From Nemertoderma westbladi (Eukaryota > Animalia > Xenacoelomorpha), in the NCBI GenBank assembly GCA_032718475.1, contig JAUCBJ010004960.1, forward strand, positions 1 through 51,003: a DNA stretch of 51,003 nt. The letters are read 5' to 3'. Positions 1 through 13,200 of the stretch are shown here, piece after piece. The position numbers and the translations under genes are program-made. The notes beneath the pieces were generated by a model that worked only from the letters and a program-made list of their open reading frames with translations, did no database searches and was not told the origin of the DNA. The number at the start of each line of letters is the position of its first letter. The stretch's first letter is position 1.

Positions 1-1396
1 GAATGTTTGCAACCGGATGTTAAAAGGGGAAAAGCCACCACCAATTTGGACTAAAGGTCAACTAATGCCTCTCCCCAAGAAAGGAAACCTCGGTATACCA
101 ACAAACTATCGTGGGATCTGTCTGCTTGTGGTAGCTGCCAAAATATACAATAAAATGATTCTATATAGGATTAGGCCTCACATAGAGAAACTACTGCGTA
201 AGAGCCAAAACGGATTTCGACCAAGTAGATCAACAATAGCTCAGATACTTGCACTACGGAGACTGATTGAAGGAATTAAGTCGAAGAATATTCCCGCAGT
301 CATGACTTTTGTGGACTTCAAGAAAGCATTCGACTCAATCCATAGAGGTAAAATGCTTGAAATCCTAAGAGCTTATGGACCACCAGAAGTAATTGTTGCT
401 GGCATTGGATTGGATTGTTATATTGTGACACAGAAGCGCAGGTACTCTCACCAGATGGTGAAACTGAGTTTTTCTCAATCCTGGCTGGGGTACTGCAAAG
501 TGACACATTAGCACCATTACTATTTTGTAATTGTGCTGAATTACGCAATGAGGACGGCCACAAAGGGTGAAGATCTGGGATTCACACTTCAAGAACGCAG
601 AAGTAGTAGATATCCGGCAAATACAGTCACAGACACCGACTTTGCGGATGATATCGCCCTGCTCTCTAATACGCTAGCAGATGCACAGCTTCTACTAAAT
701 AAAGTGGAGAGGGCTGCTAAGGAGGTTGGATTGCATGTAAATGCTACCAAGACCGAATTCATGACCTTTAATGTTGATGAAAACTTGACAACCATTGATA
801 ATAATCAACTAAGGAAAGTCGACGACTTCCAGTACCTTGGATCATGGATAGAGAGTAGCAAAAAGGACATAGAAGTTAGGAAAGCAGAGGCTTGGGTAGC
901 TCTATCAAAAATGGATACCATCTGGAAATCAGATCTCTCCAGGCACCTGAAGACTAAGTTCTTTCGAGCCACAGTGGAAAGTGTATTTTTATACGGGGGT
1001 GAGACCTGGACACTGACTAAATCACTTGAACAACGAATTGATGGTTGCTACACAAGACTACTAAGGGCAGCCCTAAACATCAGCTGGAGACAACACATGA
1101 CAAACGCCGAGCTTTATGGTACAATACCACCTGTATCAACCACCCTCCGTGAACGCAGATTAAGATACATTGGGCACTGCTGGCGAAGTAAAGATGAGGT
1201 CATACCAGATCTACTTCTCTGGCAACCAACTCATGGAAAGCGTAGTCGTGGACGACCGGCCATAACATATATAGATCAACTTGAAAGGGATACTGAACTT
1301 GGGAGAAACGAAATTGCGACAACTATGGAGAATCGGGAAGCCTGGAATGATCTCATTTCCACTGTCCGAGTTCGCTCGACCTAGTAGTAGTAGTAG
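1..1396 (+). mobile_element. RTE-clade non-LTR retrotransposon (LINE), 3' portion; 5' end lies outside the window; sits in an intron of gene A
   Basis: RT motifs PLPKKG..NYRGICLL, QNGFRPSRST, FVDFKKAFDSI, DFADDIALL, FQYLGS and the RTE-type C-terminus (LRERRLRYIGHCWR..GKRSRGRP). The element ends in a (TAG)5 tail at 1382-1396, a short-tandem-repeat tail typical of RTE. Confidence 0.92.
17..1384 (+). pseudogene. Frameshifted reverse transcriptase ORF of the RTE element
   Basis: ORFs 17-511 and 533-1384 join through a third frame (LYCDTEAQVLSPDGETEFFSILAGVLQSDTLAPLLF). The lesions are a 5-bp duplication (ggattggatt, ~407-416) and an extra T near 522-526; QGD reads QSD. Confidence 0.88.
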
Positions 1397-1569
1397 TATA
1401 ACAAATATTGTTTCAAATAAAATAAAGATAGATTTATTTATACATTATGTAAAAACAATAACAAATACAACAAACAATGTACCGGTATAAAGGTATTGTC
1501 CAACATAACATATAGGATTACCCCTAAAGCTTTGCAGCTTGCAAATCAAATATTTTTCGATTTTCTTAG

Positions 1570-2181
1570 ACAAACCCATTTGGATTATTCACAAAGACAC
1601 AGAGCGAACTGTTATAGGAGATGTTGGGAATGTCGTTACGCTAACATGTACATTGGAAAGTTATCCAGCTGTATCGAGTTATTATTGGCTTAGTGAAGTT
1701 GACTTAAATAAGGAGCTGCCCGATGGTGATAAATATAGAACATCAGTTGTAGTGGAGAACTTTGGGTATAAAAATATTGCTGTCATAAGTCTAATGATAT
1801 ATGATGTAACCAGTGATGATCTTAATTTAACCTACTTTGGGAGGGTTAGAAATGGTATCGGTACTTTTGGTGAATGTGACGTTAAGTTGGAACCTATAGG
1901 ACCTCCACATATGCCGACTGGAGTTAAAGTAGAAGCAGTTGATAATTCCAGAGTTATAGTTAGTTGGACACCAGGATTCAATGGTGGATCTGATCAATGG
2001 TTTAGAGTTGAGTACACCAACAGTAACGGTAACATTGTTACTATAACAACAGGAAATACAAATGATTCTTACATAATCGTCTCAGAATTACCCAATGAAC
2101 GTCATTATTTCTCAGTGGTGGCCTGTAATGAGTTTGGTTGTCAGGATCCAACTCCTATAATAGAAGGTGAACCAGCATCAG
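1570..2181 (+). CDS. Gene A penultimate coding exon: Ig-like domain + fibronectin type III domain of a nephrin-like IgSF receptor
   Basis: Acceptor ttttcttag|ac at 1569/1570 and donor tcag|gtgaga at 2181/2182; 612 nt, phase 1-1. Ig motif VTLTCTLESYP..YYW..LMIYDVTSDD..Y; FN3 motif GPPHMPTGVKV..VSWTPGFNGGSDQWFRVEY..YFSVVACNEFG. Confidence 0.85.
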
Positions 2182-2742
2182 GTGAGATACAACGAGTTGT
2201 TACAATTGTTTGCTATTTGTCAGTTTGGAGAATTGAAATTTCCCGCTATAAATTGGGGTTGCCAACGACGAAAGAGCAGCCCTATTTATTTATAAATACT
2301 CAGCTATTTGTCTGCTTTTGGGGCGATTTCGTGAAACTTACTAGCAGATCGTCGGTATTTCATTGTAAAGTTCGCGGGAAAATTTACCAATCCAATGTTT
2401 TTGACGAACAAGAATAATCCTAAATGGATTGGAAGCCTCCCCCCCCCCTCCCCCCAAAAAAAAGAAACTCATCTTCAATATGCACAACTTGCACTGTGAA
2501 AATGCGCCTGGGCTCTCATCTTTAGCAAGAAAATCGCCCCCCCCCCCCCCCCGTTTTTCTGACTGGGAATATATTATCCAGCTCTATATTTATATATCCC
2601 CCTTTTAATTCTATAATTTTATATTTGTAATTATTTTAAAAAACATTTTACCATAATTAAAAAAAACTATCTGTATTAATTGTAATGTTACTGTACTGAA
2701 GTTCAATGCTCACTCAAACCAGCAATCCTTATGAAAGAGGCT

Positions 2743-3247
2743 CCGCACACCCGCACACACCCGCACACACACCCCCCCGCACCCCCCCACACCCGCACAC
2801 ACCCGCACACACCCGCACACACCCCGCCACACCGCACACCCGCACACACCCGCACACACCCCCCCCCACACCCGCACACACCCCCCCACACCCGCACACA
2901 CCCGCACGCACCCGCACGCACCCGCACACACCCGCACACACCCGCACACACCCCCCCCCACACCCGCACACACCCCCCCACACCCGCACACACCCGCACG
3001 CACCCGCACGCACCCGCACGCACCCGCACACACCCCCCCCACACCCGCACACACCCGCACACACCCGCACACACCCGCACACACCCCCACACACCCCCAC
3101 ACACCCGCACACACCCGCACACACCCACCCACACACGCACACACCCGCACACACCCGCACACACCCCCACACACCCCCCCACACCCGCACACACCCGCAC
3201 ACACCCGCACACACCCGCACACACCCCCACACACCCGCACACACCCA
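2743..3247. repeat. Intronic simple repeat, unit about CACACACCCG (10 bp) with poly-C variants
   Basis: Directly visible; it explains the HPHTPAHTRT / CGCVRV low-complexity ORFs in most frames. Confidence 0.95.
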
Positions 3248-3287
3248 GTACAAGTTCAAAAACATTTTATTATTGTTATATTTTTAG

Positions 3288-4072
3288 AAGAATTTCCTAC
3301 ACATTCCAATTCCTCTGCTGCAATCATTGGAGGTGTTGTTGGAAGTGGAATGGCAGTGATTGTTATAGTCGTATTGGCAATCATTTTACTCAAAAGATAT
3401 CGGAATAGAAAACCTCGTAGTCCTGTCTACGATGACACAGTTGTATATGGACTGGATGGTCCAGCTAGCATCCCGAGTCACCCCTATGAAGAATTAGAGA
3501 TACCAGCCATTCGAGCTTCAAACAATCGGTCATTAGCCACTGAGAGTTTTCGAAACCAACCATTCAATGAGAACTATCTAAATCCACCATCCAATGGGAT
3601 AACTATAAATCAAACAGCCAATGCGAGGTCTGTAAATCACTCATCAACCAATCGGTCACCTGTCAATCTTACTCCACTCACCTCCAGTAGTCGAGATGAT
3701 CAGATAACAAATGAAGAGCATCCCTATGATACTATCGATGAATCTAAAGTTGGTAGAAACGAGGTAACTACAGAAACTGATACAAACTGCCAGAACACAA
3801 TCACTGAGGAGAATACCAACACAGTAGTGGAGGGGAGAGGGCGAGATAATAGCAACACAGTGGAGGAGAAAGTTCAAGAGAATAGCAATACAATGGTGGG
3901 AAGAGTTTATGTTAACCAATCACAAGTAGCGGAAGCCTCAATGAACAACCAATCAGATAGCCGTGCATGCATGAGTAAGTCAGTATCCCCAATATATACC
4001 AACCAATCAGAGGTTACCGGAGCAGGAATAATCAACCAATCCGCATTGAATGAGGACAATCGGGCTATTTAA
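3288..4072 (+). CDS. Gene A terminal coding exon: transmembrane helix + ~225-aa tyrosine-motif cytoplasmic tail
   Basis: Acceptor tttttag|aag (alternative NAGNAG start at 3291), phase 1, matching the upstream donor. Reads EEFPTHSNSSAAIIGGVVGSGMAVIVIVVLAIILL-KRYRNRK (TM + basic stop-transfer); stop TAA at 4070-4072. Confidence 0.85.
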
Positions 4073-4157
4073 ATGCTAAGGAAGTCTATGGAATCTAGTA
4101 ATGGATCGAACGAGATATACTATACAACAAACATACATTCCTAAGTATATTTGGTTG

Positions 4158-4163
4158 AATAAA
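4158..4163 (+). terminator. Candidate polyadenylation signal (AATAAA) of gene A
   Basis: First AATAAA after the stop codon, about 100 bp before the satellite. The AT-rich context makes this weak. Confidence 0.35.
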
Positions 4164-4266
4164 TTGTTTTATACTAAAAGATATACTTACAAACCGGGTC
4201 TGCCCAGAATATTTTACATTTTATTGATTAGTTGATTGTAAAAAGTAATAAGACTGGAAATTATGT

Positions 4267-7200
4267 GTTAAATTAGATTAGCTATCATTGGTTATACTTA
4301 GATTCGTTAGATTAGAGTAGTTAGCATTGGGTAGACTTCGAATCGTTAAATTAGAGTAGCTAGCATTGGTTATACTTCGATTCGTTAAATTAGAGTAGCT
4401 AGCATTGGTTAGACTTCGATTCGTTAAATTAGAGTAGCTAGCATTGGTTGGACTTCGATTCGTTAGATTAGAGTAGCTAGCATTGGGTAGACTTCGAATC
4501 GTTAAATTAGAGTAGCTAGCATTGGGTATACTTAGATTCGTTAGATTAGAGTAGCTAGCATTGGGTAAACTTCGAATCGTTAAATTAGAGTAGCTAGCAT
4601 TGGTTATACTTAGATGCGTTAGATTAGAGTAGCTAGCATTGGGTAAACTTCGAATCGTTAAATTAGAGTAGCTAGCATTGGTTAGACTTCGAATCGTTAA
4701 ATTAGAGTAGCTAGCATTGGTTAGATTTCGATTCGTTAAATTAGATTAGCTATCATTGGTTATACTTAGATTCGTTCGATTAGAGTAGCTAGCATTGGGT
4801 AGACTTCGAATCGTTAAATTAGAGTAGCTAGCATTGGTTAGATTTCGATTCGTTAAATTAGAGTAGCTATCATTGGTTATACTTAGATTCGTTAGATTAG
4901 AGTAGCTAGCATTGGGTAGACTTCGAATCGTTAAATTAGAGTAGCTAGAATTATTGGTTAAACTTCGATTCGTTAAATTAGAGTAGCTAGCATTATTGGT
5001 TAGAGTTCGATTCGTTAGATTAGAGTAGCTAGCATTGGTTAGACTTCGATTCGTTAAATTAGAGTAGCTATCATTGGTTATACTTAGATTCGTTAGATTA
5101 GAGTAGCTAGCATTGGGTAGACTTCGAATCGTTAAATTAGAGTAGCTAGAATTATTGGTTAGACTTCGATTCGTTAAATTAGAGTAGCTAGCATTGGGTA
5201 GACTTCGAATCGTTAAATTAGAGTAGCTAGCATTATTGGTTAGACTTCGATTCGTTAAATTAGAGTAGCTAGCATTGGTTAGACTTCGATTCGTTAAATT
5301 AGAGTAGCTAGCATTATTGGTTAGAGTTCGATTCGTTAAATTAGAGTAGCTAGCATTGGTTAGACTTCGATTCGTTAAATTAGAGTAGCTAGCATTGATT
5401 AGACTTCGATTCGTTAAATTAGAGTAGCTAGCATTATTGGTTAGACTTCGATTCGTTAAATTAGAGTAGCTAGCATTGGTTAGACTTCGATTCGTTAAAT
5501 TAGAGTAGCTAGCATTGATTAGACTTCGATTCGTTAAATTAGAGTAGCTAGCATTATTGGTTAGACTTCGAATCGTTAGATTAGAGTAGCTAGCATTGGT
5601 TCGACTTCGATTCGTTAAATTAGAGTAGCTAGCATTATTGGTTAGAGTTCGATTCGTTAAATTAGAGTAGCTAGCATTGGTTAGACTTCGAATCGTTAAA
5701 TTAGAGTAGCTAGCATTATTGGTTAGACTTCGATTCGTTAAATTAGAGTAGCTAGCATTGGTTAGAGTTCGAATCGTTAACTTAGAGTAGCTAGCATTGG
5801 TTAGATTTCGAATCGTTAAATTAGAGTAGCTAGCATTATTGGTTAGACTTCGATTCGTTAAATTAGAGTAGCTAGCATTGGTTAGACTTCGAATCGTTAA
5901 ATTAGAGTAGCTAGCATTGGCTAGACTTCGATTCGTTAAATTAGAGTAGCTAGCATTGGTTAGAGTTCGATTCGTTAAATTAGAGTAGCTAGCATTGGTT
6001 AGACTTCGAATCGTTAAATTAGAGTAGCTAGCATTGGTTAGACTTCGATTCGTTAAATTAGAGTAGCTAGCATTGGTTCGACTTCGAATCGTTAAATTAG
6101 AGTAGCTAGCATTATTGGTTAGAGTTCGATTCGTTAAATTAGAGTAGCTAGCATTGGTTAGACTTCGAATCGTTAAATTAGAGTAGCTAGCATTATTGGT
6201 TAGACTTCGATTCGTTAAATTAGAGTAGCTAGCATTGGTTAGAGTTCGATTCGTTAAATTAGAGTAGCTAGCATTGGTTAGAGTTCAAATCGTTAAATTA
6301 GAGTAGCTAGCATTGGTTAGAGTTCGAATCGTTAAATTAGAGTAGCTAGCATTGGTTCGACTTCGAATCGTTAAATTAGAGTAGCTAGCATTGGTTAGAG
6401 TTCGAATCGTTAAATTAGAGTAGCTAGCATTGGCTAGACTTCGATTCGTTAAATTAGAGTAGCTAGCATTGGTTGGAGTTCGATTCGTTAAATTAGAGTA
6501 GCTAGCATTGGTTCGACTTCGAATCGTTAAATTAGAGTAGCTAGCATTGGTTAGAGTTCGAATCGTTAAATTAGAGTAGCTAGCATTGGTTCGACTTCGA
6601 ATCGTTAAATTAGAGTAGCTAGCATTGGTTCGACTTCGAATCGTTAAATTAGAGTAGCTAGCATTGGTTCGACTTCGAATCGTTAAATTAGAGTAGCTAG
6701 CATTATTGGTTAGACTTCGATTCGTTAAATTAGAGTAGCTAGCATTATTGGTTAGACTTCGATTCGTTAAATTAGAGTAGCTAGCATTGGTTAGAGTTCG
6801 AATCGTTAAATTAGAGTAGCTAGCATTGGGTAGACTTCGATTCGTTAAATTAGAGTAGCTAGCATTGGTTAGAGTTCAAATCGTTAAATTAGAGTAGCTA
6901 GCATTGGTTAGACTTCGAATCGTTAAATTATAGTAGCTAGCATTGGGTAGACTTCGATTCGTTAAATTAGAGTAGCTAGCATTGGTTCGACTTCGAATCG
7001 TTAAATTAGAGTAGCTAGCATTGGTTAGACTTCGAATCGTTAAATTAGAGTAGCTAGCATTGGCTAGACTTCGATTCGTTAAATTAGAGTAGCTAGCATT
7101 GGTTGGAGTTCGATTCGTTAAATTAGAGTAGCTAGCATTGGTTCGACTTCGAATCGTTAAATTAGAGTAGCTAGCATTGGTTAGAGTTCGAATCGTTAAA

Positions 7201-10200
7201 TTAGAGTAGCTAGCATTGGTTCGACTTCGAATCGTTAAATTAGAGTAGCTAGCATTGGTTCGACTTCGAATCGTTAAATTAGAGTAGCTAGCATTGGTTC
7301 GACTTCGAATCGTTAAATTAGAGTAGCTAGCATTATTGGTTAGACTTCGATTCGTTAAATTAGAGTAGCTAGCATTATTGGTTAGACTTCGATTCGTTAA
7401 ATTAGAGTAGCTAGCATTGGTTAGAGTTCGAATCGTTAAATTAGAGTAGCTAGCATTGGGTAGACTTCGATTCGTTAAATTAGAGTAGCTAGCATTGGTT
7501 AGACTTCGATTCGTTACATTAGAGTAGCTAGCATTGGTTCGACTTCGAATCGTTCAATTAGAGTAGCTAGCATTATTGGTTAGACTTCGATTCGTTAAAT
7601 TAGAGTAGCTAGCATTATTGGTTAGACTTCGATTCGTTAAATTAGAGTAGCTAGCATTGGTTAGAGTTCAAATCGTTAAATTAGAGTAGCTAGCATTGGT
7701 TAGACTTCGAATCGTTAAATTAGAGTAGCTAGCATTGGGTAGACTTCGATTCGTTAAATTAGAGTAGCTAGCATTGGTTCGACTTCGAATCGTTAAATTA
7801 GAGTAGCTAGCATTGGTTAGACTTCGAATCGTTAAATTAGAGTAGCTAGCATTGGTTAGACTTCGATTCGTTAAATTAGAGTAGCTAGCATTATTGGTTA
7901 GACTTCGATTCGTTAAATTAGAGTAGCTAGCATTGGTTAGAGTTCGAATCGTTAAATTAGAGTAGCTAGCATTGGTTAGAGTTCGAATCGTTAAATTAGA
8001 GTAGCTAGCATTATTGGTTAGACTTCGATTCGTTAAATTAGAGTAGCTAGCATTGGTTAGAGTTCGAATCGTTAAATTAGAGTAGCTAGCATTGGTTAGA
8101 CTTCGATTCGTTAAATTAGAGTAGCTAGCATTGGTTAGACTTCGATTCGTTAAATTAGAGTAGCTAGCATTGGTTAGACTTCGATTCGTTCAATTAGAGT
8201 AGCTAGCAATGGTTAGAATTCGAATCATTAAATTAGAGTAGCTAGGATTGGTTAGACTTCAATTCGTTAAATTAGAGTAGCTAGCATTGGTTAGACTTCG
8301 AATCGTTAAATTAGAGTAGCTAGCATTGGTTCGACTTCGAATCGTTAAATTAGAGTAGCTAGCATTGGTTCGACTTCGAATCGTTAAATTAGAGTAGCTA
8401 GCATTGGTTCGACTTCGAATCGTTAAATTAGAGTAGCTAGCATTATTGGTTAGACTTCGATTCGTTAAATTAGAGTAGCTAGCATTATTGGTTAGACTTC
8501 GATTCGTTAAATTAGAGTAGCTAGCATTGGTTAGAGTTCGAATCGTTAAATTATAGTAGCTAGCATTGGGTAGACTTCGATTCGTTAAATTAGAGTAGCT
8601 AGCATTGGTTCGACTTCGAATCGTTAAATTAGAGTAGCTAGCATTGGTTAGACTTCGAATCGTTAAATTAGAGTAGCTAGCATTGGCTAGACTTCGATTC
8701 GTTAAATTAGAGTAGCTAGCATTGGTTGGAGTTCGATTCGTTAAATTAGAGTAGCTAGCATTGGTTCGACTTCGAATCGTTAAATTAGAGTAGCTAGCAT
8801 TGGTTAGAGTTCGAATCGTTAAATTAGAGTAGCTAGCATTGGTTCGACTTCGAATCGTTAAATTAGAGTAGCTAGCATTGGTTCGACTTCGAATCGTTAA
8901 ATTAGAGTAGCTAGCATTGGTTCGACTTCGAATCGTTAAATTAGAGTAGCTAGCATTATTGGTTAGACTTCGATTCGTTAAATTAGAGTAGCTAGCATTA
9001 TTGGTTAGACTTCGATTCGTTAAATTAGAGTAGCTAGCATTGGTTAGAGTTCGAATCGTTAAATTAGAGTAGCTAGCATTGGGTAGACTTCGATTCGTTA
9101 AATTAGAGTAGCTAGCATTGGTTAGACTTCGATTCGTTACATTAGAGTAGCTAGCATTGGTTCGACTTCGAATCGTTAAATTAGAGTAGCTAGCATTATT
9201 GGTTAGACTTCGATTCGTTAAATTAGAGTAGCTAGCATTATTGGTTAGACTTCGATTCGTTAAATTAGAGTAGCTAGCATTGGTTAGAGTTCAAATCGTT
9301 AAATTAGAGTAGCTAGCATTGGTTAGACTTCGAATCGTTAAATTAGAGTAGCTAGCATTGGGTAGACTTCGATTCGTTAAATTAGAGTAGCTAGCATTGG
9401 TTCGACTTCGAATCGTTAAATTAGAGTAGCTAGCATTGGTTAGACTTCGAATCGTTAAATTAGAGTAGCTAGCATTGGTTAGACTTCGATTCGTTAAATT
9501 AGAGTAGCTAGCATTATTGGTTAGACTTCGATTCGTTAAATTAGAGTAGCTAGCATTGGTTAGAGTTCGAATCGTTAAATTAGAGTAGCTAGCATTGGTT
9601 AGAGTTCGAATCGTTAAATTAGAGTAGCTAGCATTATTGGTTAGACTTCGATTCGTTAAATTAGAGTAGCTAGCATTGGTTAGAGTTCGAATCGTTAAAT
9701 TAGAGTAGCTAGCATTGGTTAGACTTCGATTCGTTAGATTAGAGTAGCTAGCATTGGTTAGACTTCGATTCGTTAAATTAGAGTAGCTAGCATTGGTTAG
9801 ACTTCGATTCGTTCAATTAGAGTAGCTAGCAGTGGTTAGAATTCGAATCATTAAATTAGAGTAGCTAGGATTGGTTAGACTTCAATTCGTTAAATTAGAG
9901 TAGCTAGCATTATTGGTTAGACTTCGATTCGTTAAATTAGAGTAGCTAGCATTGGTTAGAGTTCGAATCGTTAAATTAGAGTAGCTAGCATTGGTTAGAG
10001 TTCGAGTCGTTAAATTAGAGTAGCTAGCATTGGTTAGACTTCGAATCGTTCAATTAGAGTAGCTAGCAGTGGTTAGAATTCGAATCATTAAATTAGAGTA
10101 GCTAGGATTGGTTAGACTTCAATTCGTTAAATTCGAGTAGCTAGCATTATTGGTTAGACTTCGATTCGTTAAATTAGAGTAGCTAGCATTGGTTAGAGTT

Positions 10201-13200
10201 CGAATCGTTAAATTAGAGTAGCTAGCATTGGTTAGAGTTCGAATCGTTAAATTAGAGTAGCTAGCATTGGTTAGAGTTCGAATCGTTAAATTAGAGTAGC
10301 TAGCATTGGTTAGACTTCGAATCGTTCAATTAGAGTAGCTAGCAGTGGTTAGAATTCGAATCATTAAATTAGAGTAGCTAGGATTGGTTAGACTTCAATT
10401 CGTTAAATTAGAGTAGCTAGCATTATTGGTTAGACTTCGATTCGTTAAATTAGAGTAGCTAGCATTGGTTAGAGTTCGAATCGTTAAATTAGAGTAGCTA
10501 GCGTTGGTTAGAGTTCGAATCGTTAAATTAGAGTAGCTAGCATTATTGGTTAGACTTCGATTCGTTAAATTAGAGTAGCTAGCATTGGTTAGAGTTCGAA
10601 TCGTTAAATTAGAGTAGCTAGCATTGGTTAGACTTCGATTCGTTAAATTAGAGTAGCTAGCATTATTGGTTAGACTTCGATTCGTTAAATTAGAGTAGCT
10701 AGCATTGGTTAGAGTTCGAATCGTTAAATTAGAGTAGCTAGCATTGGTTAGACTTCGATTCGTTAAATTAGAGTAGCTAGCATTGGTTAGACTTCGATTC
10801 GTTAAATTAGAGTAGCTAGCATTGGTTATACTTAGATTCGTTAGATTAGAGTAGCTAGCATTGGGTAGACTTCGAATCGTTAAATTAGAGTAGCTAGCAT
10901 TGGTTAGATTTCGATTCGTTTAATTAGAGTAGCTAGCATTATTGGTTAGACTTCGAATCGTTAGATTAGAGTAGCTAGCATTGGTTCGACTTCGAATCTT
11001 TAAATTAGAGTAGCTAGCATTATTGGTTAGAGTTCGATTCGTTAAATTAGAGTAGCTAGCATTGGTTAGACTTCGATTCGTTCGATTAGAGTAGCTAGCA
11101 TTGGTTCGACTTCGAATCGTTAAATTAGAGTAGCTAGCATTATTGGTTAGACTTCGATTCGTTAAATTAGAGTAGCTAGCATTATTGGTTAGACTTCGAT
11201 TCGTTAAATTAGAGTAGCTAGCATTGGTTAGAGTTCGAATCGTTAAATTAGAGTAGCTAGCATTGGGTAGACTTCGATTCGTTAAATTAGAGTAGCTAGC
11301 ATTGGTTAGAGTTCAAATCGTTAAATTAGAGTAGCTAGCATTGGTTAGACTTCGAATCGTTAAATTATAGTAGCTAGCATTGGGTAGACTTCGATTCGTT
11401 AAATTAGAGTAGCTAGCATTGGTTCGACTTCGAATCGTTAAATTAGAGTAGCTAGCATTGGTTAGACTTCGAATCGTTAAATTAGAGTAGCTAGCATTGG
11501 CTAGACTTCGATTCGTTAAATTAGAGTAGCTGGCATTGGTTGGAGTTCGATTCGTTAAATTAGAGTAGCTAGCATTGGTTCGACTTCGAATCGTTAAATT
11601 AGAGTAGCTAGCATTGGTTAGAGTTCGAATCGTTAAATTAGAGTAGCTAGCATTGGTTCGACTTCGAATCGTTAAATTAGAGTAGCTAGCATTGGTTCGA
11701 CTTCGAATCGTTAAATTAGAGTAGCTAGCATTGGTTCGACTTCGAATCGTTAAATTAGAGTAGCTAGCATTATTGGTTAGACTTCGATTCGTTAAATTAG
11801 AGTAGCTAGCATTATTGGTTAGACTTCGATTCGTTAAATTAGAGTAGCTAGCATTGGTTAGAGTTCGAATCGTTAAATTAGAGTAGCTAGCATTGGGTAG
11901 ACTTCGATTCGTTAAATTAGAGTAGCTAGCATTGGTTAGACTTCGATTCGTTACATTAGAGTAGCTAGCATTGGTTCGACTTCGAATCGTTCAATTAGAG
12001 TAGCTAGCATTATTGGTTAGACTTCGATTCGTTAAATTAGAGTAGCTAGCATTATTGGTTAGACTTCGATTCGTTAAATTAGAGTAGCTAGCATTGGTTA
12101 GAGTTCAAATCGTTAAATTAGAGTAGCTAGCATTGGTTAGACTTCGAATCGTTAAATTAGAGTAGCTAGCATTGGGTAGACTTCGATTCGTTAAATTAGA
12201 GTAGCTAGCATTGGTTCGACTTCGAATCGTTAAATTAGAGTAGCTAGCATTGGTTAGACTTCGAATCGTTAAATTAGAGTAGCTAGCATTGGTTAGACTT
12301 CGATTCGTTAAATTAGAGTAGCTAGCATTATTGGTTAGACTTCGATTCGTTAAATTAGAGTAGCTAGCATTGGTTAGAGTTCGAATCGTTAAATTAGAGT
12401 AGCTAGCATTGGTTAGAGTTCGAATCGTTAAATTAGAGTAGCTAGCATTATTGGTTAGACTTCGATTCGTTAAATTAGAGTAGCTAGCATTGGTTAGAGT
12501 TCGAATCGTTAAATTAGAGTAGCTAGCATTGGTTAGACTTCGATTCGTTAAATTAGAGTAGCTAGCATTGGTTAGACTTCGATTCGTTAAATTAGAGTAG
12601 CTAGCATTGGTTAGACTTCGATTCGTTCAATTAGAGTAGCTAGCAATGGTTAGAATTCGAATCATTAAATTAGAGTAGCTAGGATTGGTTAGACTTCAAT
12701 TCGTTAAATTAGAGTAGCTAGCATTGGTTAGACTTCGAATCGTTAAATTAGAGTAGCTAGCATTGGTTCGACTTCGAATCGTTAAATTAGAGTAGCTAGC
12801 ATTGGTTCGACTTCGAATCGTTAAATTAGAGTAGCTAGCATTGGTTCGACTTCGAATCGTTAAATTAGAGTAGCTAGCATTATTGGTTAGACTTCGATTC
12901 GTTAAATTAGAGTAGCTAGCATTATTGGTTAGACTTCGATTCGTTAAATTAGAGTAGCTAGCATTGGTTAGAGTTCGAATCGTTAAATTATAGTAGCTAG
13001 CATTGGGTAGACTTCGATTCGTTAAATTAGAGTAGCTAGCATTGGTTCGACTTCGAATCGTTAAATTAGAGTAGCTAGCATTGGTTAGACTTCGAATCGT
13101 TAAATTAGAGTAGCTAGCATTGGCTAGACTTCGATTCGTTAAATTAGAGTAGCTAGCATTGGTTGGAGTTCGATTCGTTAAATTAGAGTAGCTAGCATTG

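Noticed and set aside
2703-3408. His/Pro/Thr-rich and Cys/Gly/Val-rich ORFs; resemblance to TG1-3 telomeric repeat
   Set aside because: Translations of a stop-free intronic simple repeat, open in most frames; the position is internal to a gene.
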